Shown here one piece after another: positions 9,201 through 18,900 of a stretch of DNA of 64,000 nt (positions are counted from its first letter, which is position 1; every line of letters starts with the position of its first letter). The position numbers were made by a program, and so were the translations under genes. The stretch spans positions 1 through 64,000 of the IMG/VR virus record IMGVR_UViG_3300024252_000004; one strand, 5' to 3'. Below the pieces are notes generated by a model. It did no database searches and had not been told where the DNA came from. It saw only the letters and a list, made by a program, of their open reading frames with translations.

Positions 9201-10615
9201 ACATTACTACCACTCATGATTACGCCTCAGTAACTGGTGTTAGTTATATTAATTGGGTCATCAACTTTGATGGCGACGTAGGTTCTACCAGAAAAGATTA
9301 TTACGATGCACTGTATGAGAATGGGCTTTTGGTAGACTTTCCTGTAACAATTACTGGAGAGGGCGATTCTACGATCTTCAAACTCAGAGATAGTTTTGAG
9401 TTTTCAGACGGAACCTTGATTGGAAGAGGTCCCTTTGTTTTTGTTGGAAGTGCTTTTGCTCAGACAACAAAGCCGATCACTGCTCCGACCAGCGGGTTCA
9501 CATCAATTAAAGATATTCGATTTGAACAATCATCCATTGGCTTATTAGACTACAACATCTATGATCCAACAAGTGGTGACGCTCAGTTCTATGGTGTAGA
9601 CATTGAAAGCTGCATTTTCGATCTTGGTGATGATACTGATGGTGATATCGATATTGATGTTACAAAGACGGCGATTCTTTTCGGAGAAGAAAGTGATACC
9701 TCCAATGAGAAGGGCAACCTTACAATTTCTAAGTGCAAATTCCTCAGAGGATTTATTAGGACTGGAGATTTTGGAGCCTCCTTCCCAACCAGAATGAACA
9801 ACATTACTGTGATGGGATGCTCAATGTATGGAGAATTTGATGACGGTATGACTAAGGGTGATATATTCTCCTTAGACTCTGCTGACAGAGAAGAGGAACA
9901 CAACATCTGCTTTGTCGGAAATCAGCACTTCTCTAACCAAAACACTTTGGCGAGTGGAAATGGACCTGACATGATTGATGCCAAGGGCGGAGATCGTTGG
10001 GGCGAAAGATTCAGCAGAGACGTTCACGTTGGTGCTGAGCTGGATGTAAAGGGAGCTATTGTAACGGAGACTTCAGTTGAGTCTCCGACATACACTTACG
10101 ATGCCACAAAGACTTTTACACAGGTAATTACCTTTGAGCATGCAGTGAATGCTACCGGAGGACCCGCAAGCTATGCTACGAACAATGTAACTTATAGTTA
10201 CGTTTTCAATGTATCAAATGGTTTATGGTGGAGAATGGATATTCCTACCGGCGACTCTGCCTATGTAAGAATTTTCCCTCCAAGTGGAGTTACCATTGAG
10301 GATATTATAATCGGTGTAAGTAGAGGTACCACGTCGGCAACTCAATATGATTGGACTGCCGAGATCCATACGCAAGCTCTGGATTCAAGTGGTACAGCAT
10401 CAGTATGGGGATCATCAACCGTAACCTCAACAGAACAGGGGAGCGGTAATAAGCCAGTTATTGCCTCATTCACAGATATTAATTTAGCCGTCAACTCTGA
10501 CGATAATCTTTACTGGTTAGAAATCCTACATGATCAGGCGAGCACAGAAGAAGTATATTGGATCAAGATTGTTTACGATGTCAGTAACCTTGAAGAAACC
10601 CTTGGATTGTCATAA
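6281..10615 (+). CDS. Large virion fibre/appendage protein, paralog 1, with C-terminal pectin-lyase-like beta-helix
   Basis: 1444 aa; N-terminal ~230 aa closely similar to the next gene; GHFTDLRKALD...GTYDI...ITGEGDSTIFKL is a typical beta-helix entry; aromatic-rich C-terminal domain. Confidence 0.6.
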   Translation: MGKSKYPSQLDTSVEIPAVRDNILEVGSEVINSLRHAIFQIERTLGVNPQGASGNTVTSRLDKVVDGNGNIKKEALTQANVLAGPVTDADVSKVAAIRETKLKLDYPTKLLQSEISVLGNQIDALVSQLEDMNSILSVHVHPDAKNRHKATAISVETSTISTSSEATAELDGTDVQAVLSSLYDGHINYDGSDITETNRSHEAMQIFFDDTNVSALVPADNAQDAIEGAINAATLSQINHQDLYHANGFHRVSKIYSADDSTVGTPVISEETITFAKNVGDSDPTFLVTFSSPYEESELTVENGDVLTILDENDDDSLINGDYQIYKVSRDGDGYVESVNVFGTSTENSSASVVGTVRKAFRRKTNQAGLLVTARQSADLTSAKVLQVCDPNAVRVISRYIRPAEITASSNTLSIEVDETDTYDFELHDSTKTRQSIDSLIVKFNEKAAEDKIPLTAYRLDQEAGGSELVIAHIYPDESDNFRSLKLSQGSDDGITALGFSHIEDVKVVAVYGSPFSIKGKDYNGLVEKLDTTDLVFFAGLRTVSVGEGSTDFEEIGIREGDVLLISGSEEANDNGAFVIEAVNATELTLDNGQLPSGFTSSSGEDLRFLVYSNTLNIESITFKEVSGSFSCALVDVFMDENRSIFGQTAIEYATTLNGTNALFEIVDYSGELDGQTITLSIEKNDSGTGVDVSLDGGDALHVLGKDNYIKVCSGTYSVEFTLLIDDADEVYTWIDTNSTISTSVYTFKQLDTHSNLHIARVPFGSFSGRVIGGPEGTGRITSILEKGGLGVDDIATSAKYALIERPLDELRSNGVVKNVEISGVGLDDGKYQFTLSAGVFYVGGLRYDYPGGSYITDLDSGTYDKIFIFANTDGNICFEAALSAPACTSPASDSDVVSLYTLEYSSSTTYAYDMRLFITDLDLKVLNAVIVSNQPGMGHFTDLRKALDYTRRFSQIFPKAGTPSVHFKSGTYDITTTHDYASVTGVSYINWVINFDGDVGSTRKDYYDALYENGLLVDFPVTITGEGDSTIFKLRDSFEFSDGTLIGRGPFVFVGSAFAQTTKPITAPTSGFTSIKDIRFEQSSIGLLDYNIYDPTSGDAQFYGVDIESCIFDLGDDTDGDIDIDVTKTAILFGEESDTSNEKGNLTISKCKFLRGFIRTGDFGASFPTRMNNITVMGCSMYGEFDDGMTKGDIFSLDSADREEEHNICFVGNQHFSNQNTLASGNGPDMIDAKGGDRWGERFSRDVHVGAELDVKGAIVTETSVESPTYTYDATKTFTQVITFEHAVNATGGPASYATNNVTYSYVFNVSNGLWWRMDIPTGDSAYVRIFPPSGVTIEDIIIGVSRGTTSATQYDWTAEIHTQALDSSGTASVWGSSTVTSTEQGSGNKPVIASFTDINLAVNSDDNLYWLEILHDQASTEEVYWIKIVYDVSNLEETLGLS

Positions 10616-13600
10616 TGCCAAAATCTAATTACCCAGATAAAATAGACACATCGGTAGAGCTTCCGTTGGTTAGAGATAACATCACGGAGCTTAACTCCGA
10701 AGTTATTAATAGCATGATTCGTGCTATCATTCAAATTGAGAGAACCCTCGGTATTAACCCTCAGGGTTCAACTGGTAACACCGTTGCTACAAGAGTATCA
10801 AAGACTCTGGATGGCAATGGAAATATCAAGAAGGATGCCTTAACTCAGGCTAACGTATTGGCGGGACCAATATCTGATGCAGATGTTTCTAAGGTCGCAG
10901 CGATTAGGGAGTCTAAGCTTAAACTTGATTTTCCAACTAAATTACTTCAGGCAGAGGTATCCATTCTTGGAAATCAACTTGATGCTTTAATTCAACAGTT
11001 AGAACAGCTTAACTCTGAGTTCTCTGTTCACATTCATCCTGATGCAAAAAATCGACATACCGCTTTGGCTATCACAGTGGAGTCAGATATCGTTCAGGAA
11101 AGCTCTGTAGCTACCCTTGCCTTGGAAGATGGTACGGCTCAGGAAGCGTTTGAGAAAATCTACAATGCACACATCAACTACACCGGTGATAACATTTCCG
11201 AAACGAATACATCTCATCGTGCAGAACAGATATATTTCGATAAGGATGATGTCAGCGATGTAATTTTCGGAGATGACCTGCAAACTGCTATGGTAGATCT
11301 TGCTGGCTTGCAGTCCGCAGGAATCAGAAATTCTGCTTTGAACTTAAGTTCAAATGGCAGGGTCAGATCTGGTTCTTCAACCGATGGGTTTGCGGAGAAC
11401 AGTCTTGGAAAACTACTTTTAGAATCGTCTTCCGTAACATATACCCAGGCAGGTGGGGCCTCAAGGACCACTTTTGCCCTGACCTCGCCGATAGAGCCAG
11501 AAGAGGCCGTAAGTGAATTTGATATCCTTACACTTTCTAACTCTACGACAGAGGCCGATAATAAGGAATACCAGATTGCATCCGTGACATTGTCCGGAGA
11601 TAGCGTATCCTCAATAGATGTATATGGTGGCCCATTTGGCGACCCAGAAAGCGGCATTTCAATTACGATTAGTAAGCCTATCTATGGAGCTTACAATCGA
11701 AATGGTTTAAATTCTGTAGTCAGACCAAGAAACAACAGATCTAATACTCCTGATGTTGTCGTTGCAAATCCTGACGCAGCAACCATTATAACATCAGGAA
11801 TCATCCCTGGACTAATTACATCAGATGTATCTTCTTTTGATCTAACTATAGATGACGGAAGTGCTTTAACAATTGAAGCTTACCATAGCGACGAAACGAT
11901 TCAGACATTTGACACAATCGTGAATAGAATTAATGAGCAATTCGTAGATCAACACCTCCCTGTCTTGGCATTCAAGGCAAAGGTTGGTGCTTGTTATGAA
12001 CTTGCCTTAACACATATGGTTCCTAACTTCGCAGGAGATGTAAAGAATAGGACCTTAATGGTGTCAGCAGCATCAACTACTGACGCCTCAGCAGAGCTTG
12101 GCTTTACAGACGTTTTAGATACAGAGTATCAGGGCGCAACAGGTAACAACGTTCATATCAATGGACACCTTCTATCTAATTTCGGAAAAATCATTATTCT
12201 TGACAGCACTGACGCAGAGCTTGTTCGGGGTTCATCTAACGTTGGATTATTCTCAGGAACCTTTGAGGCTCTCGGGGTAAGGGATGGAGACACACTTGTT
12301 GTCACAAATTCTGAAGACTCAACTGATGATGGGGCTTACAGGGTTAGAGAAGTTAATGGAGACACGGTTACCGTAGATTATGATGACGGCACATTCGATG
12401 GTGCAATGGGAGATACGTCTGCTGTTTATATCATCAGAAATGCCGCAGTCATTAATGAACTTACATTTACAGAATCAGTATCTGCAAATGGCTCAATCCT
12501 TTTCGATGTCTTCATGGATCAGGAAAAAGATGTCAATTACAAAAAGAGAATGGAAGTTGGTGGTGCATTGAGTTCAGGTTCATTCACTGCGGCAGTTGCG
12601 GATATATCAAGAGGGTTTATTATTGGCGGAGAGACTGGAGAGGTTGCAGTAGGAACCGATGGTTATGCATATGTGACAGGTCCAGACTCTCAGGTTGGAG
12701 AATCATTATTCGTTGGAGCAACAGGAACTTACAAGATTCGTTCTTCGGACACATTAGAATACATTTTGCTTGAGGTAAATGCTACAGGAAATCCATCTTC
12801 TCCAATCTCAGTAGATCTCTACGGCTTTGATGAAGTAGCCGATCATAACTACAGACTCAGCAGAGGACTGTTTGGAACATCTCTCGGCATTATCTTAGGA
12901 ACTTCTTCTGATGTAGGTGTGCCAGTACTTAGAGACAAGAGAATCAGCGGAACAATGGATGACACCATCGTCGCAGAGCCTATGCTTGAAAAGTATATCG
13001 AAGGCCCAAGAAACGAATTAAGAGCTTCCGGTATCATATCAGGATTGGGTGTGAGCGCAGTGACCGATGGTGGCACATATTACACGTTCGATGTATCAGC
13101 CGGAGTAGCGGTAGTTAATGGTATCAGATACGAGTACCCAGGAGTTCTTGGGTTCAGGGTAGACTTTACAGACTCATTCTATGTCGCTCTTGATGATAGA
13201 GGATGCATAATTGCTGGAGAGGAAATTGGGAATCCGGGTGGTGCAGATACTGCTGCTGGACTTTCAAACGTATCTCCATTCCACACAAGGAACGTAGCTC
13301 ACTTAGGGTATGTGGATTCATCAGATGACTCCCTAATTGATTTGAGGTTCTTTGTCAGCAGACTTGATTACAAGATGGCGAACCACATTGTCGTATCTTC
13401 TGAGCAGGATCACGGACACTTCACGACCCTGAATGATGCGGTTGATTATCTTAGAAGATTCACTGGAGTCTTCAACACCCTTGGAACACCGAAGATTTTA
13501 ATCGGGCCAGGAGAGTTTGAGTTCTCATCTCAGATAGTGATTGACTACGATCTTCTTATCGAAGGTAGTGGGCCATCTACTGTTCTTAGAAAGGTATCAG

Positions 13601-14181
13601 GAAGCACTCTTGGAAATGGAAAAGTACCGAGCGGAAGCGACATCTTTATGAGCCGCGCCCTTTTCTTGGTAGGAACTGATGCGGAGACAGCTTCAAGTAG
13701 GATTGAAAGTGGAGTAACGTTTAGAGATTTCACATATGAATCTAATGGTTTAACTAATGTAGGAATTGTAATTGCAATTGCTCAGGACCTTGATGCGTCT
13801 CCAGATGCAGCATTCAGAGTTGAGAATATTAACTTCGAAGGACCAGACACAATGGATGGTTCCGTAGCTGATGCTTCAAAGATTGGAGAGTATGCGGTAT
13901 ACATGGGTCAACAAGATCCGACAACAGGTTCTCCGGATTCAAGCTTGAATATGGGTAACTTAATTTTCAGAGGAAATTATTTAAACAAGATGGGACTTGG
14001 CAATGGAGCAATTTACTTCACAGAGTCTTCATCATCAACATTTAAGGATGTCGTAGTTGTTGGAAACATTGGACAAGACTTATCTCCGAACGTAGGTAAC
14101 ACGTCAGTGACTATCTTAGAGGTTCCATCAACACCGACTTCCACAAGATTCGTAGAGACTGGAAACGCAGTCTCCGATTGA
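10615..14181 (+). CDS. Large virion fibre/appendage protein, paralog 2, with C-terminal beta-helix
   Basis: 1188 aa; same N-terminal anchor (YPDKIDTSVELPLVRDNITE...HPDAKNRH); GHFTTLNDAVD...GPGEF...IEGSGPSTVLRK beta-helix entry. Confidence 0.6.
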   Translation: MPKSNYPDKIDTSVELPLVRDNITELNSEVINSMIRAIIQIERTLGINPQGSTGNTVATRVSKTLDGNGNIKKDALTQANVLAGPISDADVSKVAAIRESKLKLDFPTKLLQAEVSILGNQLDALIQQLEQLNSEFSVHIHPDAKNRHTALAITVESDIVQESSVATLALEDGTAQEAFEKIYNAHINYTGDNISETNTSHRAEQIYFDKDDVSDVIFGDDLQTAMVDLAGLQSAGIRNSALNLSSNGRVRSGSSTDGFAENSLGKLLLESSSVTYTQAGGASRTTFALTSPIEPEEAVSEFDILTLSNSTTEADNKEYQIASVTLSGDSVSSIDVYGGPFGDPESGISITISKPIYGAYNRNGLNSVVRPRNNRSNTPDVVVANPDAATIITSGIIPGLITSDVSSFDLTIDDGSALTIEAYHSDETIQTFDTIVNRINEQFVDQHLPVLAFKAKVGACYELALTHMVPNFAGDVKNRTLMVSAASTTDASAELGFTDVLDTEYQGATGNNVHINGHLLSNFGKIIILDSTDAELVRGSSNVGLFSGTFEALGVRDGDTLVVTNSEDSTDDGAYRVREVNGDTVTVDYDDGTFDGAMGDTSAVYIIRNAAVINELTFTESVSANGSILFDVFMDQEKDVNYKKRMEVGGALSSGSFTAAVADISRGFIIGGETGEVAVGTDGYAYVTGPDSQVGESLFVGATGTYKIRSSDTLEYILLEVNATGNPSSPISVDLYGFDEVADHNYRLSRGLFGTSLGIILGTSSDVGVPVLRDKRISGTMDDTIVAEPMLEKYIEGPRNELRASGIISGLGVSAVTDGGTYYTFDVSAGVAVVNGIRYEYPGVLGFRVDFTDSFYVALDDRGCIIAGEEIGNPGGADTAAGLSNVSPFHTRNVAHLGYVDSSDDSLIDLRFFVSRLDYKMANHIVVSSEQDHGHFTTLNDAVDYLRRFTGVFNTLGTPKILIGPGEFEFSSQIVIDYDLLIEGSGPSTVLRKVSGSTLGNGKVPSGSDIFMSRALFLVGTDAETASSRIESGVTFRDFTYESNGLTNVGIVIAIAQDLDASPDAAFRVENINFEGPDTMDGSVADASKIGEYAVYMGQQDPTTGSPDSSLNMGNLIFRGNYLNKMGLGNGAIYFTESSSSTFKDVVVVGNIGQDLSPNVGNTSVTILEVPSTPTSTRFVETGNAVSD

Positions 14182-14192
14182 TAGGAGATCGA

Positions 14193-14699
14193 ATGAGTGA
14201 GAAGACACGAGAGCAATCTGCTGTTGATGTTATCTATGAGATGAAAAGTCTCGTTGAGAAGCTGGACAAGAAGTTAGACATTCTTGACGGAAACATCAAA
14301 CTGTTGAACAATAAAGTTGTAAAGCTTCAAAAGACCGTGAACAACCTGACTTTGGCTCCTGCTCCCGCAGCAAAACCTAAGGCAGCATTGAAATCTCAGA
14401 AACCTGAGGAACCGAATATAATAAGGACTGGTAAGCGTTCTGATAAATATGTGACCGGACCTATTAGAACCTTTGGCAAGATTATGTCAAAGGGTAGGAA
14501 GCCCATTCCGGACGTACAAGTGGCGGTGTTCAACGAGCAGAACGAGGTTATCAAGACGAGGAAGACAGACTCCAAGGGGTATTGGGAGGTCAGATTGCCG
14601 GAAGGCAGATATGGTGTGCAGTATACACACAAGAAATTTAAGCCGATTAATATCACAATCGAGCTTGACAAAAGCATTACTGAATATGAGGTGAAATAA
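14193..14699 (+). CDS. Coiled-coil plus carboxypeptidase-regulatory-like (transthyretin-like Ig) domain protein
   Basis: ATG 14193 follows SD AGGAGA, preferred over TTG 14178. C-terminal GKIMSKGRKPIPDVQV...TDSKGYWEVRLPEGRYGV pattern. Confidence 0.6.
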   Translation: MSEKTREQSAVDVIYEMKSLVEKLDKKLDILDGNIKLLNNKVVKLQKTVNNLTLAPAPAAKPKAALKSQKPEEPNIIRTGKRSDKYVTGPIRTFGKIMSKGRKPIPDVQVAVFNEQNEVIKTRKTDSKGYWEVRLPEGRYGVQYTHKKFKPINITIELDKSITEYEVK

Positions 14700-14700
14700 T

Positions 14701-15003
14701 ATGCTGGTATTGAGATTTAATTTACCACGGAATAGACGTGGAGAAGAGTTCGGGGATTTGATTAAAAATCTTGTAAATCATATTGATAGTGATTTGGGGT
14801 TTGAAGAGGTGAAGGTTATGGTGGATAGGGACACGGTAGAGATAACTACTAAACCTGACTCACATAGTGGAAAAGTAGAAGATGATCTTATCTCAGTTGA
14901 ACTTATGGTATCGAGGAATATGGTTATTAATAACTCTACTATAGGTGAAGACGAAAGTTATCAGGCAATAAAGTCTGAACTGAAACGATTCATTAAAGAA
15001 TAG
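14701..15003 (+). CDS. Hypothetical protein
   Basis: 100-aa ORF filling the operon gap; SD-like GAGGTG upstream. Confidence 0.55.
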   Translation: MLVLRFNLPRNRRGEEFGDLIKNLVNHIDSDLGFEEVKVMVDRDTVEITTKPDSHSGKVEDDLISVELMVSRNMVINNSTIGEDESYQAIKSELKRFIKE

Positions 15004-15017
15004 CAGGTAGACAGCAC

Positions 15018-15833
15018 ATGGCAAATGATCTTCAAAATTTACCCGGAACAGGTTTAAATGGAGATCATAGGGTATACTCAAATTTCTTTAGCGATAACTA
15101 TATCATACAACAGGTATGCATTGTTCAGCCAAAGAATTTGCTTATTGACGTGCTCAGAAGAAGATTTAAGCAGGACAATATCTACACCTACAGGACGGAT
15201 GAATTTGGTTTTCCATTGACTCCTGACATGACAGGTGGAGATATTGATAGTGAAGATACCACTAAGATTGTCATCTCTGATGTATACAGATATGATGTAA
15301 AATTCTATCCTGCAATCACGGTGAAGACGGGTGGCGGATCCTACAAGGCTCTGTCTATGAACCAAAACGCAACCTTCAAGTATCGAAAGGATGTTGTAGA
15401 AAATGATTATGGGAAATTGGTCGAGATAAAGACTCCTACACATAGGGTATATGCCGGACTGTGGGATATGAGCTTCGACGTAACCATATACTCAGAAAGC
15501 CATACAGAGCTTGAAGAGCTTACAGAAATTGTATCGACTGAGCTTCAGTATGTATCGTGGAACGATCTTCGTGCCAATGGATTATTTATTCAGGGCACAT
15601 CAATTTCCGCCGAAAACGCTGAGCCATATGCTAATGACTATGTGTACAGTCATACGGTTACATTAAAAACTCTGACTGAATGGAGAGCTGAAATTCCACT
15701 GGACAATGTAATCGAGAAGATAGTATTTTATTTCGATTCGACAAGGACTCCAATTCCACCGAACGCAACAGCAGAAGATGCGCAGCAACTTATGTTTGAT
15801 GATGTTCTGGAAATAGTCTCGATAGAGATATAA
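15018..15833 (+). CDS. Putative tail terminator / tail completion protein
   Basis: Immediately upstream of the sheath gene. FDVTIYSESHTELEELTEIV...YSHTVTLKTLTEW alpha/beta pattern resembles gpU/gp15-type terminators. Confidence 0.55.
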   Translation: MANDLQNLPGTGLNGDHRVYSNFFSDNYIIQQVCIVQPKNLLIDVLRRRFKQDNIYTYRTDEFGFPLTPDMTGGDIDSEDTTKIVISDVYRYDVKFYPAITVKTGGGSYKALSMNQNATFKYRKDVVENDYGKLVEIKTPTHRVYAGLWDMSFDVTIYSESHTELEELTEIVSTELQYVSWNDLRANGLFIQGTSISAENAEPYANDYVYSHTVTLKTLTEWRAEIPLDNVIEKIVFYFDSTRTPIPPNATAEDAQQLMFDDVLEIVSIEI

Positions 15834-15839
15834 TTTAAC

Positions 15840-15848
15840 CTACTAATA
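15840..15848 (+). promoter_or_regulatory. Candidate late-promoter motif CTACTAATA, copy 1
   Basis: Exact 9-mer also present at 52076-52084; both copies lie in rare intergenic gaps upstream of major structural genes. Confidence 0.4.
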
Positions 15849-15900
15849 TAAAAGAATTCAAATGAATCAGTCTGATCGAATATTTCGGAGGAATTAATCA

Positions 15901-18900
15901 ATGCCTAATTTTCCAGGTCAAAGCGGATATCAAACCCCTAAAGTGATTGCAAGGGATAGAGTTGTATCCAGAGGTGTATCTATCCCTGGAGGTCTAAGGT
16001 TACCCTGCATCGTCGGTGAGGGTCTTAAAGAAGAAATCATAGTAGCATCTGCCGTTGGCGGTGGTGCTGATGGTAGTTCTGATTGCAGCCCTACAGGTTC
16101 AGGAGAAGGTAAATTCTTCGAGCTTGGAGTTGAAACTGTAGTTAGCGGTCGTACAGAGTTACGCCTTAATGGTACCTTACTATATGGTACCGAAGATGAA
16201 ATCGATGCTAACGGTTTCAGCAAAGAATTTGACTATAGAGTTGACCCAGACACCGGTTGCCTTGAGTTACAAGGTGCATCTATTGGGGATCAGGACGGAA
16301 AGAGCTACTCAGCAAGCTCTCTCAGCACAGGTACAGGAGTTATCATCGATGGCACCTGCGGTACTTTTGATTTAGTATCAGTTGTTGACGATTCCGCTCC
16401 TGCCGAAAGATGGACTGTAAGATGCGTAAGCGTCATTAGAGATTCAAATGGCGACCCGGTACCGGGCAAAGCTAAGTTCACATTAACAGGCTCCCTTTCT
16501 GGTCAATTAAGAGACGAGAGTGGTGGCGCAATCCTGTTCGACAGTGATTACAAAACCGGTACAGCAGGCGCTGTTTCCGGAACTGACGACATTTGTGCTG
16601 ACTCATTCATCGTAGCTGATAGCTCCGACTTTGAAGTTGGTTCTGCCGTGCTCAATGCCGGTGATGATTCTACTGGAACAACTGATACCTTCGAATTCCT
16701 TGGCGACTTGGTAACTCAGGGTCAGGCGCTTCCAGGTGATAGTCTCTGCATCGACGGTTACATTGGAATCGAAATCGATGAGATTGAATACGATACAAGC
16801 ACAGGAATCACAACCCTCACACTTGAAACAGACTCTCTTTCGACTGGTGCCCTTGGTATCGATTGGGAGATTAGAGCAAATGATCTCTTTATTGATGACG
16901 ACTCTGTAGCTCACAATGGCGTAACTGGAGCCCCAGCTACCGCAGGTGAGTTTGCCGCATCCGATATTGGAAAGGTTCTTATGATTTGCAGTGGAGATTC
17001 CGTTGGCAAATACGAGATTACCTCGATCACCTCTTCGAGAAGAATAAGGGTGGCACAATTTGGAGACCTAACGGCAGGCTTCCCAGCGATGGCTGATGAT
17101 GACGCAGATGGACTTGCAGAAACAGGTCTAACATGGCATCTTCTTCAGGACAATGGAATCCTATTGTTCGCTATTGATGAAGGAACAGTACCTTATGCAG
17201 TCGGAGATAAATTCTTTATCGATGTAGACTCAAGGGTTCTTGCAGCAGGTGATGAACTTGAAGCAAGATATGTATCTACTCTCGATCTGAACGATCCTGA
17301 GTTCTTCACCAGTGCAAACGAATTGGTAGCCAAGCATGGAACACCAAGCTTAACTAACACAGTGTCTCTTGCCGCACAAATGGCATTTGAGAACGGTGCT
17401 CCAGGCGTCTGGGCAGTTCAAGCTGCACCGGCATTGCCTGCGAGAACATCCCAGACTCTTGTAGAGGAAAGGGATAGTAACGGCGACGGTGGATTTAACG
17501 CTTGCGGTGGAAATGCAGATGACTGCGAGATTGACGATCTTAAGTTCATCATCCCAAGACCTCTTGAGGGATTGAAGAATGCGAAACCAGATGGTGACAC
17601 TCAGGTTAACATCTTCGTGGTCAGAGACGACGAAGAGACTCAGATTTTCCCGAACAAAGTTTCCTTCTACAACTCACAGTTTGATAGTTCAGTAGGACAG
17701 AACACTTTCATTACAAGTTCTGACTATACTTTCTCTTACACAGTTGTTAACACTGATACAGAGATTATCGCACAAGGTTATGACGGCGCTCTAACCTCCG
17801 CAGACGGAACATTCTCTACTGATGAGGTAGATTTTGATGCCGAGCATGTAGGTGCAATCATTGTTGTCCAGGCAGTTGAAGATGTTGACGGAGTTGTTTA
17901 CACAACCGCAGACGACATCAGCACATATCTCTTTGGAAACACAAGCACAGGCGTAGAGCTTATCGTTAAGTCAATCGAGGACGACAACACAGTTGATGTT
18001 CTTGGTAACGATGATGACGAAACAGCAATTATCGCTAACGGTTATGACATTCAGTTCTTTATCAAGGACGAAAGTGACACAACCAATACCAGCGCAGCAC
18101 TGATGCTACACAAGGACCTTGTAGATAGTGGAACCCTACAGGATGGCGACGGTCTTAGGATCTCTTACATCGATGAACTCGATGCAGACTTCTACGATGT
18201 CAACTGGTTCGAGGCTCTTGAGTCTCTCGAAGCAATTGATTGCCAGATTGTTGTTCCTGTTCCAACACAGAATAAGAGTGGAATCTTCAGAGCCACAGTA
18301 AATCACGTAGAGACAATGTCTTCTATCGCGATTCAGAAAGAAAGAGTTGCTCTCATTGGTGCGATGCAGGGTGTTACTGCTGACGCATTGATTGGTAACG
18401 AAGAAGTTGCAGTCGAGGACATCGGAGTTCTTGAAGGAATCCAGGGCGACGACGCCGAAGAGGTTCTTGATGGAAACACCGAAGACTTGGTGAACTACAA
18501 GTTAAGCGATAACTTCACGACTAAAAGAGCTATGTACTTCTGGCCTGACAGGATTGTCAGAAATGTTGCAGGAACAAATACCTACATCGATGGATTCTAC
18601 ATTGGTGCAGCAGCAGCCGGTTGGTTCTCTTCACAGCAGAACGTCGCGATTCCTTTGACTAACAAAGAACTTTCAGGATTCTCTATCCTTAGAGATAAGA
18701 AGCTTAAGCCACTCACCATGAATCAACTTGGTGGTGTCGGAGCAACTATTTTGCAGCCTATCACAGGCGGCGGAAAAGTGATCAATGGAAGAACCACAAG
18801 TCAGTCCGGATTTATTGAAGATGAGGAAATTTCCATAATCTTTATTAGAGACAGAGTAAAGGAAGTTCTGAGACAAGGTCTCCAGAGTTTCATTGGTACG

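Noticed and set aside
6281-14181. Diversity-generating retroelement or invertible fibre cassette
   Set aside because: No reverse transcriptase or invertase, no adenine-specific TR/VR repeat pair and no inverted repeats; the paralogs differ by ordinary divergence.
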